A stretch of DNA of 64,000 nucleotides from Thermodesulfobacteriota bacterium (GTDB taxonomy: Bacteria; Desulfobacterota_D; UBA1144; Nemesobacterales; UBA2774). The DNA lies in NCBI GenBank assembly GCA_965216785.1, contig OZ244197.1, positions 3,040,001-3,104,000 of the forward strand, written 5' to 3'. Below the pieces are notes generated by a model. The model was not told the origin of the DNA. It did no database searches and was given only the letters and a program-made list of their open reading frames with translations. Made by a program: the position numbers and the translations under genes. Every line of letters begins with the position of its first letter. Position 1 is the stretch's first letter. Positions 49,159-58,587 of this stretch are shown here, in pieces.

Positions 49159-50284
49159 CCTTCACCGTTTGAATTACATATTCGATTTCTGCCTCGCTCA
49201 TACCCGGATAAATTGGGAGTGATATTATACGCTCATAGAACCATTCTGCCTCGGGGAAATTCTCCACTCCATAAGAAAACGCATTTTGATAAAATGGATG
49301 CCTATGAAGAGGAATAAAATGAACACTCGTACCTATACCATTTTCTTTTAACAATTCTATAAACTCTGCTCTATCAATATTCAATTCACCTGGGTCAATC
49401 TTTAATGCGTAAAGATGGTATGAAGAAACTCTCTCACTGTCCATGTAAGGAGTCATAAGCTGTTTAACATCCGAGAACGCCTCGGTATATTTTTGGGCTA
49501 TATGCTTTCTCATTTCCCACATTTTATCCAACTTTCTTAACTGCGAGAGCCCGAGAGAGGCTTGCAGGTCTGTCATATTGTATTTGTAGCCCGTCTCCAG
49601 CACCTCGTAGTACCAGGATCCCCCGTTTGAGTACCTTTTCCAAGCGTCTTTAGATATACCGTGCAGTCTTAGAATTCGCATTCTTTCAGCCCACTTCTCA
49701 TTCTCTGTCGTTACCATCCCCCCCTCCCCTGCGGCAAGAGGCTTGGTGGCGTAAAAGCTAAAGCACGTCATATCACCGATTGATCCAACCGGCTTATCTT
49801 TATAGTAAGCCGGCAGTGAATGTGCGGCATCTTCAATGACAAACAATTTATTGGCCTCCGCTATATCCAAGATTTGATCCATATCACATGGCAGCCCCCC
49901 GTAGTGAACCGGAATGATTGCCCGGGTTCTTGAAGTTATCGCCTTTTCTATAGCAGATATGTCAATATTCCCTGTGGTTCTGTCTATATCTACAAGTACG
50001 GGTACCGCATTACAATAACAAACAACCTCAGCTGTAGCCGTAAATGTCATTGTAGGAACTATGACTTCCTCGCCCTCCTTTAAATCTATCGCTTTTAGAG
50101 CAAGGTGAAGTGCGGACGTCCCTGAATTTACTGCAACTGCATGCTCTGAGCCTACATAGCCTGAGAATTCACGCTCAAACTCAAATGTCTTAGGCCCCAT
50201 GGTAAGCCATCCCGACCGTACGGTATCTAGCAATCCGGAGACTTCATCCTCAGTTATATATGGTTTATGAAATGGTATATCCAT
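49133..50284 (-). CDS. DegT/DnrJ/EryC1/StrS sugar aminotransferase (PglE-like)
   Basis: SGTSALH, EDAAH, FSFYATK, GEGG motifs. Confidence 0.93.
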   Translation of the reverse strand: MDIPFHKPYITEDEVSGLLDTVRSGWLTMGPKTFEFEREFSGYVGSEHAVAVNSGTSALHLALKAIDLKEGEEVIVPTMTFTATAEVVCYCNAVPVLVDIDRTTGNIDISAIEKAITSRTRAIIPVHYGGLPCDMDQILDIAEANKLFVIEDAAHSLPAYYKDKPVGSIGDMTCFSFYATKPLAAGEGGMVTTENEKWAERMRILRLHGISKDAWKRYSNGGSWYYEVLETGYKYNMTDLQASLGLSQLRKLDKMWEMRKHIAQKYTEAFSDVKQLMTPYMDSERVSSYHLYALKIDPGELNIDRAEFIELLKENGIGTSVHFIPLHRHPFYQNAFSYGVENFPEAEWFYERIISLPIYPGMSEAEIEYVIQTVKDVCEKHRV

Positions 50285-50906
50285 GATTTTATGATTGAGT
50301 ACAGAGCAATTTTCACTACTATTAGAACGTCTCCTTGAACATTCTACATAAGCTTCTTCACTAATCTCTGAACACTGCCTATATAGTAAACCAAACTATT
50401 CTAATTATACAGCAACTTAGCGGCCAATATAACGTAAAAACATTTAAAAGCAACAACTAACCACTCAAATCTAATATTCCATATTAGAATAGGCATGTAA
50501 GTCTCTATCTATACCGCAGCTCTGTCAGATAATACTTTTTTATTGTCATTATTATTCAGATTGCATCAACCCCATCTATTTTATATATAAAAGTGACCGG
50601 TATGAAAAAGATGATAAAAATGATATAAATGTAGTGTACTATGGTTAAAATAACGATGTATAATTATTATCTGTAGAATGCAGAATATAGTTGGAGTATC
50701 GTCGGAGAAGATTATATATGATTGTAGGTTCAGAAAAATGAAATGATGCTAAGAAGTTATTTCAAATTCTTGAGGTAATTGTATATGTTTATCAATAAAA
50801 ACACGGAGATTAATAATACAAAGCTTCGGAATTTGAGAACCGCAATTCTAGACCCTACACAAGATTAGCAAATTCACCAGCAGTCTGCCCTGAGAGCAAC
50901 ACCAAT

Positions 50907-51815
50907 ATGCAAAGAACACAAACACAAACTAAAGACAGCGAACCGGATACAAAAAATTCCAAAGTAACCGACGACGAAGCTAATCTTATAGATTACAAAA
51001 TTCCCACTTCAGTTCGGGAATCCCGTAAAAATGCATCATTAAACCTAAAGGAAATATGGGCATACCACGAACTTCTATATTTTCTTGTATGGCGGGATAT
51101 TAAAGTACGTTATAAACAAACCGCTTTAGGTGTAACTTGGGCCGTACTTCAACCATTTATGACCATGGTTGTATTTACGATATTCTTCGGCAAACTGGCA
51201 AAAATTTCAACAGACGGCTTTCCGGGACCTATATTTTACTTTTCCGCACTTCTTCCCTGGCAGCTTTTCGCGTATGCCTTAACAAATTCGAGCAACAGCC
51301 TGGTTTCCAACAGCGACCTTATAACAAAAGTATATTTCCCTCGTTTAATAATCCCGCTTTCCTCAACAATTGCAGGGGTTGTAGATTTTTGCATCGCATT
51401 TTTAGTGCTCATCGCAATGATGCTCTATTACGGCATCACACCGAGCTCAACAATAGTACTGCTCCCTCTATTCATAGTATTTGCCATAGCCACCGCGCTT
51501 GCCGTAAGTTTATGGCTTTCGGCATTGAATGTGAAATATAGAGACGTGCGCTTCACGGTGCCGTTTCTAACACAATTCTGGCTTTTCATCACACCGATTG
51601 CATACCCGAGCAGCCTTGTGCCTGAAAAATGGCGCATTTTATACGGACTTAACCCCATGGCCGGTGTAGTGGAGGGATTCAGATGGGCTATACTGGGAAA
51701 ATCGAGCGGTGTGGGTCCTTTAATCATAGTATCCGGGATAATTGTGATAGTCATGCTAATTGGTGGCTTAATATATTTCAGACACACTGAAAGAACTTTT
51801 GCGGACATAGTGTAA
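50907..51815 (+). CDS. wzm: Polysaccharide ABC transporter permease
   Basis: RDIKVRYKQT..G..W, KVYFPR, LNPM, FADIV C-terminus. Confidence 0.92.
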   Translation: MQRTQTQTKDSEPDTKNSKVTDDEANLIDYKIPTSVRESRKNASLNLKEIWAYHELLYFLVWRDIKVRYKQTALGVTWAVLQPFMTMVVFTIFFGKLAKISTDGFPGPIFYFSALLPWQLFAYALTNSSNSLVSNSDLITKVYFPRLIIPLSSTIAGVVDFCIAFLVLIAMMLYYGITPSSTIVLLPLFIVFAIATALAVSLWLSALNVKYRDVRFTVPFLTQFWLFITPIAYPSSLVPEKWRILYGLNPMAGVVEGFRWAILGKSSGVGPLIIVSGIIVIVMLIGGLIYFRHTERTFADIV

Positions 51816-51817
51816 AA

Positions 51818-53089
51818 ATGAACAAGACGGCTATTTCTATTTCAAATATTGGTAAAGAATACAAAATCGGCGAAAAAGTCGAATACGGAAGTTTAAGGGA
51901 AGATTTAACCAATTTTATTAGTAGTGGGGTAAAAAAGTTAGTCTCAAAACAAGACGGCTCCAACGGAGCGGAAAAGATTACAGCTCAAGATTACTTCTGG
52001 TCTCTGAAAGATATTTCTTTTGATATCGGCAGAGGAGAGATAATGGGAATTATCGGCCGAAACGGCGCCGGTAAAAGCACACTCCTTAAAATAATAGCCG
52101 GAATTACAGAGCCTACAGAGGGAAGAATAAATATCTACGGCCGCATAGCTTCTTTACTGGAAGTAGGTACCGGTTTTCATCAGGAGCTCACCGGTCGAGA
52201 GAACATATACCTAAACGGCGCGATTCTGGGCATGAGAAGAACCGAGATAGATAGTAAGTTTGATGAGATCGTCGCGTTCTCGGAAGTCGAAAAATTCATC
52301 GATACCCCGGTGAAGTTTTATTCAACAGGCATGAGAGTCAGACTAGGGTTTTCGGTTGCGGCACATTTAGAGCCTGAGATTCTCCTGATTGACGAAGTGC
52401 TTGCCGTTGGAGACGCCGCATTCCAAAAGAAATGTCTTGGCAAGCTTAATAATGTTGCTACCTCAGAGGGCAGAACGGTATTATTCGTTAGTCACGATAT
52501 GACTGCAATTTTATCTCTTTGTAATCGAACAATACTTTTAGAGAACGGTAAAGTCGTTGCACAAGGTAAGACAGATCAAGTTGTTCAACAATATCTAGGC
52601 GCAGTCGTCACAAACTCCACAGCTCCCTTAGAATTAAGAGAGGATCGCACAGGTGATGGAAGTGTATTAATTACTTCGCTCTCTATCGAAAATTCCAATG
52701 CAAATAACCCAATTAAACCCGGATGCAAGCTGAAAATTAAAATAAGCTATAAGAGTAAAGATCTGGTTAGTCATCCTCAATTTCTATTTAAAATTAGGGA
52801 CTTCAGAACCAATGCAGTTATTCTTCGTCTCGACAGCGATATGATGAGCGGGTTACCTGACGTTCTACCACCTGAGGGTGCAATAAGTTGTATCACTGAC
52901 AATATATATATTACTCCTGGAAGATGTATAGTCGATGTAGAAATAAGAAAAGGGACGCTTAGCTGTGACCTTATACAACATGCTGGACACTTCGATATCG
53001 CAACAGACGATGTATACGGAACAGGAAAAATACCAGAACGAGATCAAGCATCTTATCTGGTTAAGTACAAGTTTTTACTGGAAGAATAA
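51818..53089 (+). CDS. wzt: Polysaccharide ABC transporter ATPase with C-terminal Wzt_C domain
   Basis: GRNGAGKST, YSTGM, DEVLAVGD, VSHD; long C-terminal extension. Confidence 0.93.
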   Translation: MNKTAISISNIGKEYKIGEKVEYGSLREDLTNFISSGVKKLVSKQDGSNGAEKITAQDYFWSLKDISFDIGRGEIMGIIGRNGAGKSTLLKIIAGITEPTEGRINIYGRIASLLEVGTGFHQELTGRENIYLNGAILGMRRTEIDSKFDEIVAFSEVEKFIDTPVKFYSTGMRVRLGFSVAAHLEPEILLIDEVLAVGDAAFQKKCLGKLNNVATSEGRTVLFVSHDMTAILSLCNRTILLENGKVVAQGKTDQVVQQYLGAVVTNSTAPLELREDRTGDGSVLITSLSIENSNANNPIKPGCKLKIKISYKSKDLVSHPQFLFKIRDFRTNAVILRLDSDMMSGLPDVLPPEGAISCITDNIYITPGRCIVDVEIRKGTLSCDLIQHAGHFDIATDDVYGTGKIPERDQASYLVKYKFLLEE

Positions 53090-53151
53090 CCGAATATATG
53101 AAATGAATAATTACACAATAGAAAGCAAATAAATAATCGGGTGCAAGTACC

Positions 53152-53904
53152 GTGTCAATACTTAACAATAATTTAACAAAATTAGTTTGGTGTTTATTGC
53201 CTAGTTATCTCCGTAGCTATATCGGTACAAAGTTGAAATATAAGGGTTATATACCCATTGGCTTGATCAATTTTGGAGACTTTAGAAGACTAACTCCGAT
53301 AGGAAGCAATTACGGACATGATAGAGGCAAACCGATTGACAGATTTTATATAGAGAATTTCCTGGACTCCAATTCTTCCGACATTAAGGGTAGTGTGCTG
53401 GAGATTGAAGATAACGCATATACACTTAGATACGGAAAAGATAAAGTAACAAATAGTGATATCCTTAATCTATCTAAAGAAATAAACCCCGCGACAACGA
53501 TCGTGGCAGATCTTTCATCAGCCCCTCATATACCTTCAAATTCATTTGACTGCATTATATTTACGCAAACTCTGCAATATATATACAATGTAAACGGAGC
53601 CATTAAGACTTTACATCGAGTACTGAAGCCCGGCGGAGTCCTGCTTGCTACCATACCGGCTATTAGTCAACTGGATGCACACTGGTCTGAGCAATATTTT
53701 TGGAATTTTAGCTCTGCTTCCACCGGACTATTATTTAGAGAGCATTTTCCTGATGATAAAGTAGAAATTCACGGATGCGGCAATATATTAACTGCAATAA
53801 GCTTTCTCCATGGATTGGCATTAGACGAATTAACTGAAAAAGAGTTGAATTACCAAGATGATATATATGAGTTAATCATAACAATTAAGGCTACTAAAAA
53901 TTAA
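53152..53904 (+). CDS. Class I SAM-dependent methyltransferase (glycan-locus type)
   Basis: DRGKPIDRFYIE, VLEIED, FDCIIFTQTL, LKPGGVLL. Confidence 0.82.
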   Translation: MSILNNNLTKLVWCLLPSYLRSYIGTKLKYKGYIPIGLINFGDFRRLTPIGSNYGHDRGKPIDRFYIENFLDSNSSDIKGSVLEIEDNAYTLRYGKDKVTNSDILNLSKEINPATTIVADLSSAPHIPSNSFDCIIFTQTLQYIYNVNGAIKTLHRVLKPGGVLLATIPAISQLDAHWSEQYFWNFSSASTGLLFREHFPDDKVEIHGCGNILTAISFLHGLALDELTEKELNYQDDIYELIITIKATKN

Positions 53905-53921
53905 TAAAACTGAGCGATAAT

Positions 53922-54746
53922 ATGTCTATTTCAATCCCTATACTTATGTACCATCAAGTTAGCACTGTTACTCATCCCAATTTTCGGGAGTATACGGTAA
54001 CAACTGAAATGTTCACCTCTCAGATGAGGATTCTGAAACGTCTGGGATTTAACCCTATTACGTTCAATCAACTATACTCGTACAAAAAGGGAACCGGCAC
54101 TCTACCTAGGAAACCTATAATTATTACCTTTGACGACGTGTTGGTTGACGCTGTAGAATGTGCAGTCCCAATACTTGAAGAATTTGGATTTAAAGCGGTA
54201 TTCTATGTGCCAACCGATTTTGTTGGAAGAAAAAGCAGCTGGATGATACCTGACGTAGATGTCGAATTCCCTGTAGTAAGTTGGAAAGAAATTCGAGACC
54301 TTGCTTCAAAGGGTTTTGAAATTGGCTCTCATTCAATGACCCATCCCCATCTGGATAAAATATCATCTGAAAACTGCTACAGAGAACTTGAAGGATCTCG
54401 CAAGAAACTCGAACAGGAACTAGGAATTGAAATTAGGCATATGGCTTATCCATTTGGCGAATTCGATGAGAGTGTAAGAGAGTTAGCAAATAATGCTGGT
54501 TATTATACAGCTTGCGCTGGTGAGTCCTACATAGCCAACTCAAACACTCACTTGCTCAGCCTGCCGAGGCAAAATGTCGGTATGAGCGATAATATGGCTG
54601 AGTTTGTATTGAAGATACATTTTGGATATACGATTACTGATGTAAGGAAGATGATAACAAGCAGAACAGAAAACTTAAAAAGGCATATTCCTAAACCTGT
54701 CAGGCAAGTACTAAAAAAACTATTAAGATATCCAAATTCAGCTTAA
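53922..54746 (+). CDS. Polysaccharide deacetylase (CE4)
   Basis: ILMYH, ITFDD, HSMTH, AYPFG. Confidence 0.9.
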   Translation: MSISIPILMYHQVSTVTHPNFREYTVTTEMFTSQMRILKRLGFNPITFNQLYSYKKGTGTLPRKPIIITFDDVLVDAVECAVPILEEFGFKAVFYVPTDFVGRKSSWMIPDVDVEFPVVSWKEIRDLASKGFEIGSHSMTHPHLDKISSENCYRELEGSRKKLEQELGIEIRHMAYPFGEFDESVRELANNAGYYTACAGESYIANSNTHLLSLPRQNVGMSDNMAEFVLKIHFGYTITDVRKMITSRTENLKRHIPKPVRQVLKKLLRYPNSA

Positions 54747-54752
54747 TACATC

Positions 54753-55748
54753 ATGATTAAAGTCAGCATAATAATACCGACATACCAACGGTGTAGCTCA
54801 TTGAAGCGTGCTCTAAACGCTCTTAACTCACAATCATTCCCCTTTGATGAGTTTGAAGTAATAGTGTCAATTGATGGATCTCAGGACGGTTCCAAAGAGT
54901 TTGTCAAACAATTCAAGTCTAAATATAATCTGCAATACATATGGGAGCCGAATGAAGGCAGAGCATTTGCATGCAACAGAGGCATACGGAAAGCTAAAGG
55001 GGAAGTTCTAATAATAATAGACGATGACATGGAACCTGGATTTGAATTTGTTAGTGCGCACTTCAAAGCCCATCAATCAAACGCAATGCTCGGCATAATG
55101 GGGGCAGCTCCCATACCCCTTGATAATAATTCTTCGATTGCAGCACACTATATAGCTTCGGAATTTAATTCAAGACAGAATAAGATTTCATCACCAGACT
55201 ACAAATTCCAGATCAGAGACTTTTACGGCGGCAACCTGTCAATTCGTCTGGAGAATATTTTAAACATAGGAGGGTTTGATGAATCTTTCAAAGGATACGC
55301 CCATGAAGACATAGAGCTCGCTTACCGGTTAATTAAATCGGGCGTTACAATCATATATGATAAAGACGCATACTGCACTCAACACTATGAAGATAATTTT
55401 CGAAACCTTCTCAAAAAAACAATTTCTGCAGGTAAAAGTGCGGTCTTACTTTATAGAATGTACCCTAATTCTTTTGAAGAAAATGAGCTCGCAACTTATA
55501 ATTCAGACGGCTGGAAGTGGCGTTCGCTTCGTTTGTTCTTAATTTGGATCAGCATTATTATTCCCTTTACAACCGATATTATTGCATCATTTGTAATACA
55601 TTTCGGGAAATCATATTCAGGAATAAAAGCAAAACTATGCTATTTAGCTATGGATTATTCCCTTTGGCTTGGAGTCTGGCTAGCGCTGAGAAATGATACC
55701 GATAGAAGACAGATCATCTCCAAAATAAAATCTTTCAAAAGAAAATGA
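54753..55748 (+). CDS. Glycosyltransferase family 2
   Basis: VSIIIPTY, DGSQD, IDDD, GFDE..HEDIEL. Confidence 0.92.
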   Translation: MIKVSIIIPTYQRCSSLKRALNALNSQSFPFDEFEVIVSIDGSQDGSKEFVKQFKSKYNLQYIWEPNEGRAFACNRGIRKAKGEVLIIIDDDMEPGFEFVSAHFKAHQSNAMLGIMGAAPIPLDNNSSIAAHYIASEFNSRQNKISSPDYKFQIRDFYGGNLSIRLENILNIGGFDESFKGYAHEDIELAYRLIKSGVTIIYDKDAYCTQHYEDNFRNLLKKTISAGKSAVLLYRMYPNSFEENELATYNSDGWKWRSLRLFLIWISIIIPFTTDIIASFVIHFGKSYSGIKAKLCYLAMDYSLWLGVWLALRNDTDRRQIISKIKSFKRK

Positions 55749-55816
55749 AAAAAAATTAACATACAAAAATCATGACTCGCATTAATATTACTAATATATC
55801 AACAATGGTAGCTTAA

Positions 55817-56587
55817 ATGAACCGTAAAATCCCAATCCTAACATATCACCAAGTGGCGCCAAACCCTGAGGCGTGCTATCCGCTGCAGTCAGTAGAACCT
55901 AAGGCTTTTGCGCTCCAAATGAAAATGCTTAGTAGGCTAGGCTACAACACTATCGATCTTGATCAATTGTATGAATATAGAATGGGGAGGGGCAACCTAC
56001 CGGAAAAGCCGATTGTAATAACATTTGATGACGGTTATCAAGACTCAATAGATTATTCAATCCCTATCCTAAAGGATTACGGTTTCACTGCGATTTACTA
56101 TATACCTACCGATTATATAGGAAAAAATAGCTCATGGTTAATGCCTGAGCTAGGATTTGAATTGCCAATTGTCGATTGGGAAAGAATTAAGTGGCTTGAC
56201 TCAAACGGTTATCATATCGGAGACCATTCTGCATCTCACCCCCACCTTGACCGGATCACAAGAGATGAATGTATTAATGAGCTTGAAATCTCAAAGAACA
56301 TACTTGAAGAAAAACTCGGACATGAAGTTAAACATTTAGCGTACCCTTACGGATCATACAACAAATCAGTAATGTTAGCTGCCTCAGAGATTGGTTATAA
56401 CACCGCATGTACAATCGAAGAAGGCTTATGTAAACCCAAGTACGACCGACTTTCTCTACCCCGTATCAATATAGGGCAAAGAGATTCGATAGTAGATTTT
56501 GTTTCGAAAATACATACAGGCTTTAGCCCACAAAGCGGTGCAAAGATACTTTTCAATAAAACATTAAATATTTTCAGCATCCTATGA
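55817..56587 (+). CDS. Polysaccharide deacetylase (CE4)
   Basis: ILTYH, ITFDDG, HSASH, AYPYG. Confidence 0.9.
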   Translation: MNRKIPILTYHQVAPNPEACYPLQSVEPKAFALQMKMLSRLGYNTIDLDQLYEYRMGRGNLPEKPIVITFDDGYQDSIDYSIPILKDYGFTAIYYIPTDYIGKNSSWLMPELGFELPIVDWERIKWLDSNGYHIGDHSASHPHLDRITRDECINELEISKNILEEKLGHEVKHLAYPYGSYNKSVMLAASEIGYNTACTIEEGLCKPKYDRLSLPRINIGQRDSIVDFVSKIHTGFSPQSGAKILFNKTLNIFSIL

Positions 56588-56667
56588 ACGTAAAGCATTA
56601 TAATTCAATTAAGACCCATCCCCATGTTTTCGTACAAAATTATAATTTCATATGAGACACAATTACA

Positions 56668-57777
56668 ATGAAGCACACAGTCGTACATTACATTGACAGT
56701 AAAGAGTTCGGCGGAGCCGAGCAAATGGTTTTTACTATATTAAAAGGAATGGCCCGCAATAAATGGAAAATCGTATTGATTTACCATCCGCATGTCGGCT
56801 TGTCTCGCTTTATAGAAAAAGTAAACGAGCTTGATGTGAGCACAGTTTGCCTACCAGAAATAAAAAACTGGAGAGATATCTCCGGATTTATAAGATTTAT
56901 CAGGAAGTTAAGGCATATCAAACCCTCCGTATTCCACGCTCACTTACCATGGCATCTACGCTGCACATTCGGCATTCTCTGCGCATTTTGTGCCCGTGTT
57001 CCTGCAATCATAGCTACTCTTCATGCTTATCAAGAAAATCTAGGACGTAAAGAACTCTTCATCCAGAAAATTTTATCAATTTTAGTAGACCGCTATATTG
57101 CTGTATCGAAAAGTATTGCAAAACAATTCAAAAAAGTAACACTTTTTGAGGCCAATGTCTTAGTAATTCACAATGGGATTTGTATTGATAGATTTAGTAA
57201 GACAAACATGGACGATCCACTCAGCTCCATGAAAGCTCAAAAAGAGTTCACAACCATTCTAATGATTGCCCGCATGGATAAACACAAAGGGTACGAAGAT
57301 TTGATATCTGCTGCGGCTCTCATACCTAATGCTTACTTTATGCTTGTAGGAGACGGACCTGAGAGAAAGAAACTGGAACAAAGTGTAAAGAAATTAAATA
57401 TGCAAGATCGTGTTTTATTTCTAGGATACAGAGAAGATATACCCTCACTTCTAAGTAGTTGCGATCTATTTGTACTCCCTTCACTATTTGAAGGTCTGCC
57501 GCTAACCATACTCGAAGCGATGGCTGCCGAAAAACCGGTGATTGCTTCAAATATTAGTGGGATAGATGAAATAATTACGGACGACGAGACAGGATTTTTA
57601 GTACCCACCAAAGATCCTGAAGCCCTATCATCAGCTATAAAGATTTGTATTTCAAACCCCGATAAAGCCCAAAAAGTGGCCCAAGCGGGGAATATTCGGG
57701 TTAAAAAAGAATTCTCCGACAAGAAAATGCTCAAAGCTATATCCACATTATACGAGGAACAGTTAAATTCTGTGTAA
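56668..57777 (+). CDS. Glycosyltransferase family 4
   Basis: GGAE, HNGI, LPSLFEGLPLTILEAM. Confidence 0.92.
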   Translation: MKHTVVHYIDSKEFGGAEQMVFTILKGMARNKWKIVLIYHPHVGLSRFIEKVNELDVSTVCLPEIKNWRDISGFIRFIRKLRHIKPSVFHAHLPWHLRCTFGILCAFCARVPAIIATLHAYQENLGRKELFIQKILSILVDRYIAVSKSIAKQFKKVTLFEANVLVIHNGICIDRFSKTNMDDPLSSMKAQKEFTTILMIARMDKHKGYEDLISAAALIPNAYFMLVGDGPERKKLEQSVKKLNMQDRVLFLGYREDIPSLLSSCDLFVLPSLFEGLPLTILEAMAAEKPVIASNISGIDEIITDDETGFLVPTKDPEALSSAIKICISNPDKAQKVAQAGNIRVKKEFSDKKMLKAISTLYEEQLNSV

Positions 57778-57790
57778 AAGATAAAAACAG

Positions 57791-58564
57791 ATGAACCCTA
57801 ATAAACTCCCAATTATACAAAGCCTTTGGATCGGTGAAAAACTATCCGTAATGGAACAGCTCAGCATATCATCTTTTGTCAAAAACGGCCATCCGTTCCA
57901 TTTATATGTATACGATGATATCGAGAACATACCACATGGTACAGTTGTTAAAGATGCAAGCAAAATACTCACTCGCGACAAATTTTTCAAAAACAAACAA
58001 GAATACAGCTACGGGGCAATTTCAGATATATTCAGATATAAATTAATCCTAGAGAAGGGTAATTATTGGGTGGATACAGACGTAATATGCTTAATGCCCA
58101 TTGATGATGAATCTGAGTATGTGTTCGCACGAGCTAAACAGCGTACATTATGGAGCCCGCCAGAAGATACGTTTCAGGTGGAGTCTTGCCTTATCAAGGC
58201 ACCCTCTGGATCAGGAATAATGGAATTTTGTTATGATCAATCAATTAAAAAAAATCCTGATGAAATAGTTTGGGGAGAAATAGGACCTGATCTACTTAAA
58301 CGTGAGGTTATAAACTTCGGACTTACCAAATATGTGAAAGGCCCTAATGAATTCTGTCCTATTGATTGGCGTGATTGGAGAAGGTACATAAGCGGCTCAA
58401 TTATTTCCACATCTATAGACAAGGTTAGGATGGCGGTTTACGGCACAAAGGCAGTTCATCTGTGGAACGAAATGTGGCGTCTAAACGGCGTGGATAAAAA
58501 CAACAGCTTTCATGAAAGGAGTATATACGAGCAGTTAAAAAAACGTTATCTGAGTGACAGCTAA
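57791..58564 (+). CDS. DXD glycosyltransferase (GT32-like)
   Basis: SLWIG, SDIFRY, WVDTD, GP, HLWNE. Confidence 0.8.
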   Translation: MNPNKLPIIQSLWIGEKLSVMEQLSISSFVKNGHPFHLYVYDDIENIPHGTVVKDASKILTRDKFFKNKQEYSYGAISDIFRYKLILEKGNYWVDTDVICLMPIDDESEYVFARAKQRTLWSPPEDTFQVESCLIKAPSGSGIMEFCYDQSIKKNPDEIVWGEIGPDLLKREVINFGLTKYVKGPNEFCPIDWRDWRRYISGSIISTSIDKVRMAVYGTKAVHLWNEMWRLNGVDKNNSFHERSIYEQLKKRYLSDS

Positions 58565-58587
58565 TAGAATAAGCAAAAACAATTCAA

